Counted from the first letter of the stretch, positions 22,316-35,671 are shown. The stretch is 44,035 nt of DNA from Octopus sinensis (GCF_006345805.1 NW_021834938.1:1-44035), one strand, 5' to 3'. Notes: generated by a model not told the origin, from the letters alone. Numbers and translations are program-made.

Positions 22316-23749
22316 ATGTCTGGGGTTTGTGCTGCATTGAATGTGAAGAAAGAAAGCCAAGGGAGTGGTTTACCTGATGAGATGTTGAAAAAGAAGAAGG
22401 GCAAAACTTCATATCACTGTGATATTTGTAAAAAGACATTCCAGAAACAACGTAACCTGACTATTCACAAACGCATTCATACAGGAGAAAAGCCATACCA
22501 CTGTGATATATGTGGTAGTTTATTCTTGTTAAAAAATCACCTAAATGTACACAAACGTATTCACACAGGAGAGAAACCTTACAGCTGTGATATCTGTGGG
22601 AGATCTTTCACACAAAGTGGTGACTTAAAAGCTCACAAACGCACTCACACAGGAGAGAAACCATATCATTGTGATATCTGTGGTAAATCCTTTTCACAAG
22701 GCAACCAAGTTACTGTGCACAAACGCATCCATACAGGGGAGAGACCATTTCATTGTGATATCTGTGGCAAATCCTTCATTGGGAGTTATGTGCTAAAGGC
22801 TCACAAACGCATTCATACTGGAGAAAAACCTTATCACTGTGATATCTGTGGTAAATCATTCACTGGGAGTGGTCACGTAGCCACTCATAAACACATTCAT
22901 ACAGGAGAGAGGCCATATCAATGTGATATCTGTGGTAAATCATTCTCTCGTAATCATCACTTATCTTTTCACAAACAGATTCATACAGGAGAGAAACCAT
23001 TTCCCTGTGATATCTGTGGTAAATCATTCTCTCAAAAATCTGGCTTAGTTGTCCACAAACGTATTCATACCGGAGAGAAGCCATTTCACTGTGAAATCTG
23101 TGGTAAATCATTCTCCCAGGCACGTCATGTAACTGATCACAAAAGCGTTCATACAGGTGAGAAGCCATATCACTGTGATGTCTGTGGCAAATCATTCTCT
23201 CAAAAATATGGCTCAACTGTCCACAAACGTAGTCATACAGGAGAGAGACCTCACAGCTGTGACATCTGTGCTAAATCATTCTCTCAGACCTGTGACTTAA
23301 AAAAACACAAAATTACTCACACTGGAATCAGACAGTATCACTGTGATATCTGTGGTAAATCATTCTCTGGAAGTGGGGACTTGACTAGACACAACAGAAT
23401 TCATACAGGGGAGAAGCCATTTCATTGTGATATCTGTGGTAAATCATTCCCTGAAAAAAATCTCTTAACTATACACAAACGCATTCATACAGGAGAGAAA
23501 CCATATCACTGTGATATCTGTGGTAAATCATTCGCTCGAAGTAGCGATTTTACTAAACACAAACGTATTCATACACGAGAGAAGCCATTTCACTGTGATA
23601 TCTGTGGTCAATCATTCTCTCAAAGCAGTCACTTAACTAAACACAGACGTATTCACACAGGAGAGAAGCCATATCACTGTGACAGCTGTGGTAAATCTTT
23701 CTCTCATCCAAATACCCTCACTACACACAAATGTGGAGAAAAAGCATAA
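22316..23749 (+). CDS. C2H2 zinc-finger protein with 15 canonical fingers plus 1 degenerate terminal finger
   Basis: 477-aa ORF of 28-aa repeats CxxC-12-HxxxH with TGEKP linkers and a basic KKKKGK segment. Acceptor ttctttcag at 22096-22097; aataaa at ~23865. Confidence 0.95.
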   Translation: MSGVCAALNVKKESQGSGLPDEMLKKKKGKTSYHCDICKKTFQKQRNLTIHKRIHTGEKPYHCDICGSLFLLKNHLNVHKRIHTGEKPYSCDICGRSFTQSGDLKAHKRTHTGEKPYHCDICGKSFSQGNQVTVHKRIHTGERPFHCDICGKSFIGSYVLKAHKRIHTGEKPYHCDICGKSFTGSGHVATHKHIHTGERPYQCDICGKSFSRNHHLSFHKQIHTGEKPFPCDICGKSFSQKSGLVVHKRIHTGEKPFHCEICGKSFSQARHVTDHKSVHTGEKPYHCDVCGKSFSQKYGSTVHKRSHTGERPHSCDICAKSFSQTCDLKKHKITHTGIRQYHCDICGKSFSGSGDLTRHNRIHTGEKPFHCDICGKSFPEKNLLTIHKRIHTGEKPYHCDICGKSFARSSDFTKHKRIHTREKPFHCDICGQSFSQSSHLTKHRRIHTGEKPYHCDSCGKSFSHPNTLTTHKCGEKA

Positions 23750-24208
23750 AGCGATTTCCAGTCGATCATAAATCCTTTAAAAGTTATTTCCATGTGATGT
23801 GTAACGTGCAACAGTTGATCGGAAGCTCCTCTTCCATCTGTGCTGTCTCTACATAACAATTGCCAATAAATAAATGTTGATCGGTTGAATTCTCTGGTCT
23901 AGGTTTACCATGTACGGAGAGAGTGTTAATGTACAAGGTGTGGGAATGATTGCACATACTAGGGTTGGTGCAGGGCAAGGAGTAGAGAATTCTGCACATA
24001 TTGAGAGAGGATCATAGAAACAGAGGACACTAGATACGGGGGGAGTTATACCAACGGGAAATTTTTTTATTTTAGGGTAATAATACTTTTCTTTTGAAAA
24101 TTTGTATTCATTTCTTCATTCTGTGTAGCTAAAAGTTGTATTTGTGTTCATACTCTTTTTGTCATTACCCAGGTTTTGTTGGGCACAACATTTCGTTATA
24201 AATCACTG

Positions 24209-24553
24209 TGCTAACCAACCACATGGTTCCGGATTCAGTCCCACTGCGTGGCACCTTGGGCTAGTGTCTTCTGCTATAGCCCCAGGCCGACCAATGCCTT
24301 GTGAGTGGATTTGGTAGATGGAAACTGAAAGAAGCCTGTCGTATATATATATGTGTGTGTGTTAGTCCCCCTAGCATTGCTTGACAATCGATGCTGGTGT
24401 GTTTACGTCCCCGTCACTTAGCGGTTCGGCAAAAGAGACCGATAGAATAAGTACTAGGCTTACAAAGATTAAGTCCCGGGGTCGAGTTGCTCGACTAAAG
24501 GTGGTGCTCCAGCATGGCCGCAGTCAAATGACTGAAACAAGAGTAAAAGAGTA
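24209..24553 (+). mobile_element. SINE family B, slightly 5'-truncated
   Basis: Head, microsatellite and tail ending tgactgaaacaagagtaaaaga. Confidence 0.88.
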
Positions 24554-24617
24554 ATATCACCAGGAGAAAGTTGAATGATGTTCGTTTATCAAATGCAGTG
24601 CTGCAGAATAACGAGAT

Positions 24618-24827
24618 CTCTTTACTCTTTTACTCGTTTCAGCCATGCTGGAGCACCACCTTTAGTAGAGCAACTCGACCCCGGGACTTATTCTTTTTGT
24701 AAGCCCAGTACTTTTCTATCGGTCTCTTTTTGCCGAACCGCTAAGTGACGGGGACGTAAACACACCAGCATCGGTTGTCAAGCAATGCTAGGGGAACAAA
24801 CACAGACCCACAAACACACACACATAC

Positions 24828-24884
<57 letters not shown>

Positions 24885-27800
24885 GACAGGCTTCTTTCAG
24901 TTTCCGTCTACCAAATCCACTCACAAGGCATTGGTCGGCCCAGGGCTATAGCAGAAGACACTTGCCCAAGGTGCCATGCAGTGGGACTGAACCCAGAACC
25001 ATGTGGTTGGTTAGCAAGCTACTTACCACACAACCACTCCTACACCTATGATATATATATATACATACATACGATGGGCTTCTTCCAGTTTCCGTCTACC
25101 AAATCCACTCACAAGGCATTGGTCGGCCCAGGGCTATAGCAGAAGACACTTGCCCAAGATGCCACGCAGTGGGACTGAACCCAGAACCATGTGGTTGGTT
25201 AGCAAGCTACTTACCACACAACCACTCCTACACCTATGATATATATATATACATACATACGATGGGCTTCTTCCAGTTTCCGTCTACCAAATCCACTCAC
25301 AAGGCATTGGTCGGCCTGAGGCTATAGCAGAAGACACTTGCCCAAGATGCCACGCAGTGGGACTGAACCCGGAACCATGTGGTTGGTAAGCAAGCTACTT
25401 ACCACACAGCCACTCCTACACCTATGATATATATATATATACATACGATGGGTTCTTCCAGTTTCCGTCTACAAATCCACTCACAAGGCATTGGTCGGCC
25501 CAGGCTATAGCAGAAGACACTTGCCCAGATGCCACGCAGTGGGACTGAACCCGGAACCATGTGGTTGGTTAGCAAGCTACTTACCACACAACCACTCCTA
25601 CACCTATGATATATATATATACATACATACGATGGGCTTCTTCTTCCATTTCCGTATACCAATCCACTCACAAGGCATTGTCGGTCGGCCCAGGGCTATA
25701 GCAGAAGACACTTGCCCAAGATGCCACGCAGTGGGACTGAACCCGAACCATGTGGTTGGTAAGCAAGCTACTTACCACACAACCACTCCTACACCTATGA
25801 TAATATATATACATACATACGATGGCTTCTTCCAGTTTCCATCTACCAAATCCACTCACAAGGCATTGGTCGGCCCAGGGCTATAGCAGAAGACACTTGC
25901 CCAAGATGCCACGCAGTGGGACTGAACCCAGAACCATGTGGTTGGTTAGCAGGCTACTTACCACACAGCCACTCCTGCGCCTATATATATACGACGGGCT
26001 TCTTTCAGTTTCCGTCTACTAAATCCACTAACAAGGCATTGGTCAGCCCGGGGCTATAGCAGAAGACACTTGCCCAAGATGCCACGCAGTGGGACTGAAC
26101 CCAGAACCATGTGGTTGGTAAGCAAGCTACTTACCACACAACCACTCCTACACCTATGATATATATATATACATACATACGATGGGCTTCTTCCAGTTTC
26201 CATCTACCAAATCCACTCACAAGGCATTGGTCGGCCCGAGGCTATAGCAGAAGACACTTGCCCAGATTCCACGCAGTGGGACTGAACCCAGTACCATGTG
26301 GTTGGTTAGCAAGCTACTTACCACACAGCCACTCCTGCGCCTATATTATATACGACGGGCTTCTTCAGTTTCCGTCTACTAAATCCACTAACAAGGCATT
26401 GGTCAGCCCGGGGCTATAGCAAGAAGACACTTGCCCAAGATGCCACGCAGTGGGACTGAACCCAGAACCATGTGGTGGTAGCAAGCTACTTACCACACAA
26501 CCACTCCTACACCTATGATATATATATATACATACATACGATGGGCTTCTTCCAGTTTCCATCTACCAAATCCACTCACAAGGCATTGGTCGGCCCGAGG
26601 CTATAGCAGAAGACACTTGCCCAAGATGCCACGCAGTGGGACTGAACCCGGAACCATGTGGTTGGTTAGCAAGCTACTTACCACACAACCACTCCTACAC
26701 CTATGATATATATATATACATACATACGATGGGCTTCTTCCAGTTTCCATCTACCAAATCCACTCACAAGGCATTGGTCGGCCCAGGGCTATAGCAGAAG
26801 ACACTTGCCCAAGATGCCACGCAGTGGGACTGAACCCAGAACCATGTGGTTGGTTAGCAAGCTACTTACCACACAGCCACTCCTGCGCCTATGATATATA
26901 TATATACATATATACGATGGGCTTCTTCCAGTTTCCATCTACCAAATCCACTCACAAGGCATTGGTCGGCCCAGGGCTATAGCAGAAGACACTTGCCCAA
27001 GATGCCACGCATGGGACTGAACCCGGAACCATGTGGTTGGTAAGCAAGCTACTTACACACAGCCACTCCTGCGCCTATGATATATATATATACATACATA
27101 CGATGGGCTTCTTCCAGTTTCCATCTACCAAATCCACTCACAAGGCATTGGTCGGCCCAGGCTATAGCAGAAGACACTTGCCCAAGATGCCACGCAGTGG
27201 GACTGAACCCAGAACCATGTGGTTGGTTAGCAAGCTACTTACCACACAGCCACTCCTGCGCCTATGATATATATATATACATACATACGATGGGCTTCTT
27301 CCAGTTTCCATCTACCAAATCCACTCACAAGGCATTGGTCGGCCCAGGGCTATAGCAGAAGACACTTGCCCAAGATGCCACGCAGTGGGACTGAACCCGG
27401 AACCATGTGGTTGGTAAGCAAGCTACTTACCACACAGCCACTCCTGCGCCTATGATATATATATATACATACATACGATGGGCTTCTTCCAGTTTCCATC
27501 TACCAAATCCACTCACAAGGCATTGGTCGGCCCAGGGCTATAGCAGAAGACACTTGCCCAAGATGCCACGCAGTGGGACTGAACCCAGAACCATGTGGTT
27601 GGTTAGCAAGTTACTTACCACACAGCCACTCCTACACCTATGATATATATATATACACACATACGATGGGCTTCTTCCAGTTTCCATCTACCAAATCCAC
27701 TCACAAGGCATTGGTCGGCCCAGGGCTATAGCAGAAGACACTTGCCCAAGATGCCACGCAGTGGGACTGAACCCGGAACCATGTGGTTGGTAAGCAAGCT

Positions 27801-30053
27801 ACTTACCACACAGCCACTCCTGCGCCTATGATATATATATATACATACATACGATGGGCTTCTTCCAGTTTCCATCTACCAAATCCACTCACAAGGCATG
27901 GTCGGCCCAGGGCTATAGCAGAAGACACTTGCCCAAGATGCCACGCAGTGGGACTGAACCCAGAACCATGTGGTTGGTAAGCAAGCTACTTACCACACAA
28001 CCACTCCTACACCTATGATATATATATATACATACATACGATGGGCTTCTTCCAGTTTCCGTCAACCAAATCCACTCACAAGGCATTGGTCGGCCCAGGG
28101 CTATAGCAGAAGACACTTGCCCAAGATGCCACGCAGTGGGACTGAACCCAGAACCATGTGGTTGGTTAGCAGGCTACTTACCACACAGCCACTCCTGCGC
28201 CTATATATATATACGACGGGCTTCTTTCAGTTTCCGTCTACTAAATCCACTAACAAGGCATTGGTCAGCCCGGGGCTATAGCAGAAGACACTTGCCCAAG
28301 ATGCCACGCAGTGGGACTGAACCCGGAACCATGTGGTTGGTAAGCAAGCTACTTACCACACAACCACTCCTACACCTATGATATATATATATACATACAT
28401 ACGATGGGCTTCTTCCAGTTTCCATCTACCAAATCCACTCACAAGGCATTGGTCGGCCCAGGGCTATAGCAGAAGACCTTGCCCAGATTCCACGCAGTGG
28501 GACTGAACCCAGAACCATGTGGTTGGTTAGCAAGCTACTTACCACACAGCCCTCCTGCGCCTATATATATATACGACGGGCTTCTTTCAGTTTCCGTCTA
28601 CTAAATCCACTAACAAGGCATTGGTCAGCCCGGGGCTATAGCAGAAGACACTTGCCCAAGATGCCACGCAGTGGGACTGAACCCAGAACCATGGGTTGGT
28701 AAGCAAGCTACTTACCACACAACCACTCCTACACCTATGATATATATATATACATACATACGATGGGCTTCTTCCAGTTTCCATCTACCAAATCCACTCA
28801 CAAGCAGGGTCGGGTCGCCCGAGGCTATAGCAGAAGACACTTGCCCAAGATGCCACGCAGTGGGACTGAACCCGGAACCATGTGGTTGGTTAGCAAGCTA
28901 CTTACCACACAACCACTCCTACACCTATGATATATATATATACATACATACGATGGGCTTCTTCCAGTTCCCATCTACCAAATCCACTCACAAGGCATTG
29001 GTCGGCCCAGGGCTATAGCAGAAGACACTTGCCCAAGATGCCACGCAGTGGGACTGAACCCAGAACCATGTGGTTGGTTAGCAAGCTACTTACCACACAG
29101 CCACTCCTGCGCCTATGATATATATATATATACATACATACGATGGGCTTCTTCCAGTTTCCATCTACCAAATCCACTCACAAGCATTGGTCGGCCCAGG
29201 CTATAGCAGAAGACACTTGCCCAAGATGCCACGCAGTGGGACTGAACCAGAACCATGTGGTTGGTTAGCAAGCTACTTACCACACAGCGACTCCTGCGCC
29301 TATGATATATATATATACATACATACGATGGGCTTCTTCCAGTTTCCATCTACCAAATCCACTCACAAGGCATTGGTCGGCCCAGGGCTATAGCAGAAGA
29401 CACTTGCCCAAGATGCCACGCAGTGGGACTGAACCCAGAACCATGTGGTTGGTAAGCAAGCTACTTACCACACAGCCACTCCTGCGCCTATGATATATAT
29501 ATATACATACATACGATGGGCTTCTTCCAGTTTCCATCTACCAAATCCACTCACAAGGCATGGTCGGCCCGAGGCTATAGCAGAAGACACTTGCCCAAGA
29601 TGCCACGCAGTGGGACTGAACCCAGAACCATGTGGTTGGTTAGCAAGCTACTTACCACACAGCCACTCCTACACCTATGATATATATATATACACACATA
29701 CGATGGGCTTCTCCAGTTTCCATCTACCAAATCCACTCACAAGGCATTGGTCGGCCCAGGGCTATAGCAGAGATACCTTGCCCAAGATGCCACGCAGTGG
29801 GACTGAACCCGGAACCATGTGGTTGGTAAGCAAGCTACTTACCACACAGCCACTCCTGCGCCTATGATATATATATATACATACATACGATGGGCTTCTT
29901 CCAGTTTCCATCTACCAAATTCACTCACAAGGCATTGGTCGGCCCAGGGCTATAGCTGAAGACACTTGCCCAAGATGCCACGCAGTGGGACTGAACCCAG
30001 AACCATGTGGTTGGTAAGCAAGCTACTTACCACACAGCCACCCCTGCGCCTAT
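24618..30053 (-). repeat. SINE-derived satellite: ~28 tandem ~188-bp SINE-B heads (24880-30053) attached to a single tail (24618-24820)
   Basis: Unit ends (cctat) counted at 25048, 25236 ... 30051. On the minus strand each unit carries A-box-like tgg(c/t)tgtgtgg and B-box-like ggttcagtccc. Confidence 0.95.
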
Positions 30054-30224
30054 GTACAGAATCTGGAGAAGTCTGGTGGCTGGTTAGAAACAAAGCAAGC
30101 ATGCATCGCAGCAAACCCCAATTTGTTCTGCAAGAAAAACGGGATCTTTTCAGCCCCGTCTCATGAATATTTTTCAGACCTGGAATAGCTGTCTTACATA
30201 TATTGGAATTTTTTTTAGTCTTCT

Positions 30225-30384
30225 TTCAGTTATTGAAGTGCAGCCATGCTGGAGCACTGCTTTTAGTCAAAGAAATCGACCCCAGGACTTACTCTTTGTA
30301 TGCCTAGTACTTATTCCATCAGTCTCTTTTGCCAATAAACACACTAACATCGGTTGTCAAGTGATGGTGGTGGGACAAACACAC

Positions 30385-30420
<36 letters not shown>

Positions 30421-30762
30421 GACGGGCTTCTTTTAGTTTCTGTCTACCAAATCCACTCACAAGGCTTTGGTCGGCCCTAGGCTATAGTAGAAGGCACTTG
30501 CCCAAGGTACCACGCAGTGGGACTGAACCCAGAACCATGTGGTTCGTAAGCAAGCTACTTTACCACACAGCCACTCCTGCGCCTATATATATATACGACG
30601 GGCTTCTTTCAGTTTCCGTCTACCAAATCCACTCAGAAGGCTTTGGTCGGCCCGAGTCTATAGTAGAAGACACTTGCCTCAGGTGCCACGCAGTGGGACT
30701 GAACCCAGAACCATGTGGTTCGTAAGCAAGCTACTTTACCACACAGCCACTCCTGCGCCTAT
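30225..30762 (-). mobile_element. SINE family B with two tandem heads
   Basis: Tail 30225-30380; heads ~30420-30585 and ~30596-30762. Confidence 0.85.
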
Positions 30763-30879
30763 ATATCTAGAATGAAACAGACCAATTCTTCACAATCATA
30801 CTGAGCAACAGCAGAAACACGGAGGCATTTTTCTGATTTCTTCTGCTGCGGATTCTATCGTTCATCTTTTCATCTGGTT

Positions 30880-31100
30880 CTCATCGTGCTTTGTGGCATA
30901 TCAGGTGACAGCAAAATCCTTCGACTTTCCAACCCTGAAAGATCCCTGGCAGCTTGTTCCAATGTTAACCCCTCTGCTTTTAAGATCTTTTGTTACTGTT
31001 CTCCGTCACATTTCTTTTCGTCGGCCACATCTTTTTTTTACCTTGTGGAACCCATTGCAAGAGACCCTGAAAGTTTGGTTGGAACAGTGATATGCACCAA
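30880..31100 (-). mobile_element. RTE-clade LINE 3' remnant
   Basis: Minus-strand translation (with frameshifts) LQWVPQGKKRCGRRKEM*RRTVTKDLKSRG.TLEQAARD resembles the RTE C-terminal W.P.GKR.RGRP..TWRR motif. Confidence 0.6.
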
Positions 31101-31130
31101 AAGAATTAAGAGCAGGGAAAAAGTATACTC

Positions 31131-31734
31131 TTAACCCTTTTGATACCAACCCGGCGGAAACCGTCTCTGGCTCTGTAGTACAAATGTCTTACTTTCATAA
31201 GTATTGAATTAAAATCTTCCACCAAACCATCGTCACAATTTATGTTCCTTACATTAGCTTAATGATAACAGTTATTTTACTAAATTCTTTGTTATATTTA
31301 AAATTAATTGAATGAAACACAGAGCATCTCAGCAGAAATATGGTAACAAAAGGGTTAAAATATATAATAGAGAAACAATTCTTAACCCTTTTGTTACCAA
31401 CCCGGCTGAAACCAGCTCTGGCTTTGTAGTACAAATGTCTTGTTTTCATAAGTTCCAGAAATATGGTAACAAAAGGGTTAAAATATATAATAGAGAAACA
31501 ATTCTTAACCCTTTCGATACAAACCCGGCTGAAACCAGCTCTGGCTCTGTAGTACAAATATCTTGTTTTCGTAAGTTCTGAATTAAAATCTTCCACCAAA
31601 CCTTAGTCACAATTTATGTTCCCAACACTAGTTTAATGATAACTGAGTTCTTTTACTAAATTCTTTGTTATATTTAAAATTAATTGAATGAAACACAGAG
31701 CATCTCAAAATAAACACGGTAACGAAAGGGTTAA
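31131..31734. mobile_element. Three tandem piggyBac-like MITEs (31131-31358, 31382-31481 internally deleted, 31505-31734)
   Basis: Each reads TTAA-CCCTTT...AAAGGG-TTAA; the identical 23-bp spacer aatatataatagagaaacaattc separates them. Confidence 0.85.
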
Positions 31735-32054
31735 AGACTTTATTTATCCATCTTAGTTTGTCTTATTAGGTACAGTGTAAATTTGGCTGTTTTCCAGCAG
31801 TAATGTCTCAAAGATCTTTTGTAATGTTTGTGTCAGATGTAAGTGCTAGAAAGAGATGGATATGCGGGGAAGAAGTATGTACGCCTGGCAAGGTGCTGAA
31901 TAAGATAAAAAGTGAGACAAGTTAACTCTGCTCAATGCCACTTGAAAGAGAGAGATTTTGTTTGTGTTCTGTCTTTATACATGTTCAAAAGCTGAAGCTA
32001 GATCGAGAGAACGCATTCAGCTGTGCTGAATTAAAGATGCTCAGGAAAAGAACA

Positions 32055-32945
32055 GGCCCTTACTCTCAGATGGTAATGCTTGAGGGACAGACAGTTGGCT
32101 AAGGCCCTTACTCTCAGAGGGTAATGCTTGAGGGACAGACAGTTGGCTAAGGACCTTACTCTCTGATGGTAATGCTTGAGGGACAGACAGTTGGCTAAGG
32201 CCCTTACTCTCAGAGGGTAATGCTTGAGGGACAGACAGTTGGCTAAGGACCTTACTCTCAGATGGTAATGCTTGAGGGACAGACAGTTGGCTAAGGCCCT
32301 TACTCTCAGATGGTAATGCTTGAGGGACAGACAGTTGGCTAAGGCCCTTACTCTCAGAGGGTAATGCTTGAGGGACAGACAGTTGACTAAGGCCCTTACT
32401 CTCAGATGGTAATGCTTGAGGGACAGACAGTTGGCTAAGGCCCTTACTCTCAGAGGGTAATGCTTGAGGGACAGACAGTTGACTAAGGCCCTTACTCTCA
32501 GAGGGTAATGCTTGAGGGACAGACAGTTGGCTAAGGCCCTTACTCTCAGAGGGTAATGCTTGAGGGACAGATAGTTGGCTAAGGCCCTTACTCTCAGAGG
32601 GTAATGCTTGAGGGACAGACAGTTGGCTAAGGCCCTTACTCTCAGAGGGTAATGCTTGAGGGACAGACAGTTGGCTAAGGCCCTTACTCTCAGAGGGTAA
32701 TGCTTGAGGGACAGACAGTTGGCTAAGGCCCTTACTCTCAGATGGTAATGCTTGAGAGACAGACAGTTGACTAAGGCCCTTACTCTCAGAGGGTAATGCT
32801 TGAGGGACAGACAGTTGGCTAAGGCCCTTACTCTCAGATGGTAATGCTTGAGGGACAGACAGTTGGCTAAGGCCCTTACTCTCAGATGGTAATGCTTGAG
32901 GGACAGACAGTTGGCTAAGGCCCTTACTCTCAGAGGGTAACGCTT
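32055..32945. repeat. 48-bp minisatellite, ~18.5 copies
   Basis: Unit ggcccttactctcaga(g/t)ggtaatgcttgagggacagacagttggctaa; starts at 32055 and 32919 are 18 x 48 apart. Confidence 0.97.
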
Positions 32946-33754
32946 CAGAAACCAGCTGGAGAGTGTAATGACAGTCGCTTCCGTTAGGACCCCATGGAGG
33001 AGATGCCTGAGGATTTTACCTCAACAACCCTTCCTGGAAAAGTGGGTAGAGATAATGGATGGATCGATGCTGGTTGTCACTGGTTTATGACAATTCATTT
33101 CTCATTTATTTACCCCCAACTGTACAGTGATGTTATCCCAGGTTTACTTCTTACGTGTTAACCCACAATGTCAAAGAAATCAGAGGGAAATTCTTTGCCG
33201 CTTCTGAAAGTGTGTCTCAAGGAATACATTGGGTTCTTCTGGAAACTTTTATTAAAAACTAGAGTATTAGCTGTCACAGGGCAAGTAAAACTTTCCAAGG
33301 GTACTTTTGCTGATGTGGGTAGTATCAGGGTATATAGCATGCACACAATAATTATAAATTTAACTTTTACTGATACAAAATGAAGAAATCAATACAAATT
33401 TTCAAGAGAAAAGTATTTATTACCCTAAAATAAAAATAATTTCCCGTTGGTATAACTCCCCCCCGTATCTAGTGTCCTCTGTTTCTATGATCCTCTCTCA
33501 ATATGTGCAGCATTCTTCTACTCCTTGCCTGCCACCAACCCTAGTATGTGCAATCATTCCCACACCTTGTACATTAACACTCTCTCCGTACATGGTAAAC
33601 CTAGACCAGAGAATTCAACCGATCAACATTTATTTATTGGCAATTGTTTATGTAGAGACAGCACAGATGGAAGAGGAGCTTCCGATCAACTGTTGCACGT
33701 TACACATCACATGGAAATAACTTTTAAAGGATTTATGATCGACTGGAAATCGCT

Positions 33755-34600
33755 TTATGCTTTTTCTCCACATTTGTGTGTAGTGAGGGTATTTGGATGA
33801 GAGAAAGATTTACCACAGCTGTCACAGTGATATGGCTTCTCTCCTGTATGAATACGTTTGTGGACAACTGAGCCAGATTTTTGAGAGAATGATTGACCAC
33901 AGATTTCACATTGATATGGTTTCTCTCCTGTGTGAATGCGTTTGTGAGAAATGAAAGTACTTCTATAAGAGAATGATTTGCCACAGATATCACACTGATA
34001 AGGCCTCTCTCCTGTATGAATGTGTTTGTGGGTTGCTAAGTGATCAATTCGAGCGAATGATTTACCACAGATATCACAGTGATGAGGTTTTTCTCCAGTA
34101 TGAATGCGTTTATGAGCTTTTAGCACATGACTCCCAGTGAAGGATTTACCACAGATATCACAGCCGTAAGGCCTCTCCCCTGTATGAATGCGTTTGTGTT
34201 TGGTAACTTGGTTGCCTTGTGAAAAGGATTTACCACAGATATCACAATGATATGGTTTCTCTCCTGTATGAGTGCGTTTGTGAGCTTTTAAGTCACCACT
34301 TTGTGCAGAAGATTTACCACAGATATCACAGCTGTAAGGTTTCTCTCCTGTGTGAATACGTCTGTGTACAGTTAAGTTATGTTTCAACAAGAATAAACTA
34401 CCACATATATCACAGTGGTATGGCTTTTCTCCAGAATGACCTTTTTTGTGAATAGCTAGAATACACTGTTTCTGGAATGTCTTTGTACAAATATCACAGT
34501 GATATGAAGTTTTGCCCTTCTTCTTTTTCGACATCTCATCAGGTAAACCACTCCCTTGGCTTTCTTTCTTCACATTCAATGCAACACAAACCCCAGACAT
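33755..34600 (-). CDS. C2H2 zinc-finger protein with 8 fingers plus 1 degenerate terminal finger; paralog of 22316-23749
   Basis: 281-aa ORF with near-identical N- and C-termini, exactly 588 bp (7 x 84) shorter than its paralog. Acceptor at 34819-34820. Confidence 0.93.
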   Translation of the reverse strand: MSGVCVALNVKKESQGSGLPDEMSKKKKGKTSYHCDICTKTFQKQCILAIHKKGHSGEKPYHCDICGSLFLLKHNLTVHRRIHTGEKPYSCDICGKSSAQSGDLKAHKRTHTGEKPYHCDICGKSFSQGNQVTKHKRIHTGERPYGCDICGKSFTGSHVLKAHKRIHTGEKPHHCDICGKSFARIDHLATHKHIHTGERPYQCDICGKSFSYRSTFISHKRIHTGEKPYQCEICGQSFSQKSGSVVHKRIHTGEKPYHCDSCGKSFSHPNTLTTHKCGEKA

Positions 34601-35319
34601 TTCCCATAAACTTCCTCTCTTTCTTAGGATGTCTTTTCCTTTCTCTATTTTTATATTGTATTTCTAACAAATATCCTCGTCCTCTGGAAATATTTCATGG
34701 CAATTCCATCACAGGTTTATATGAATATAGTTACATCTGCTTTGTATAACAGGTTCCTTTATTCTTTAAACCATCGTCTTAAGATACAATGCCTCTGCTG
34801 CCAATACCATCAGACATTCTGAAAGAACAGAGAAACAAAACAATATAAGTTTTATGAGATAATTAATAATTAATTAAACAGCAGACATTCAACAGTGGAA
34901 ATTTAACAATTCTTTACTGACAAGCTTTGGACATGACACCTGATTGCTTTCAAATTAAATCATAGAAACTTGTGCTAAGATCCCTAATGTATCTTTGGGC
35001 TTCAATATCTATGCCACTAAAGAACGTGGTAAATAGCTTGCTTACCACACACTTGGAACCAGGTTCGTTCCTGCTGCATGGCAGTTTGGGCAAGTGTCTT
35101 CTACTATAGCCTCGGGCCGACCACAGACATTCAACAGTGGAAATTTTACAATTCTTTACTGACAAGCTTTGGACATGACACCTGATTGCTTTCAAATTAA
35201 ATCATAGAAACTTGTGCTCAAATCTACATATTTACAGGCTACGGGCACAATTTAATTTTGTGTAACATTAAATACATAATTTGGGAGGGCAACCAGATGT
35301 AAAAAAACCTTGCTGGGAC

Positions 35320-35522
35320 TGACCTCATCTGTGCTTGTGCCACGCAAAAAGCACAGAGTCCACTCTGCTGGGTTGTTGGTGTTAGGAAGGGTATCTAGTG
35401 GTAAAAATCCTGCCAAAACAGTCACAGAAGTCTAATGCAGGCTTCTGCCTGGCCAGTACCTGTCAAACTCTTCCCACCCATACCAGCCTGGAAGGCAGAC
35501 GTTAAACGATGATGATGATGAT
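35320..35522 (+). mobile_element. Diverged SINE 3' half ending in (GAT)n (family D)
   Basis: ttggtgttaggaagggtatc core-like motif and gacgttaaacgatgatgatgatg tail. Confidence 0.55.
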
Positions 35523-35671
35523 TACACAACAGGATAGTGAACACCATGTGAGGGCTTGCAGAATAGATGAGCCCTGAACCCTCTAGTGGTTGTATTTTCC
35601 TTAGTTTTCCTTTATTTTTGTCCCCTTTTCATGCTTGTGCCCAGATGTTTCATAAAAGCAAACATATTCTT

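Noticed and set aside
22860-23216. Opposite-strand or alternative-frame ORFs over the ZNF and caspase genes (also 12503-12766, 33733-33993, 34219-34749)
   Set aside because: Shadow ORFs of the real coding sequences.
24785-30775. Dozens of similar 63-140-aa ORFs (RASFSFRLPNPLTR...)
   Set aside because: They are antisense translations of SINE heads, broken by random indels.
32055-32945. CRISPR-like regular array
   Set aside because: Units are contiguous with no unique spacers, the context is eukaryotic and there are no cas genes.
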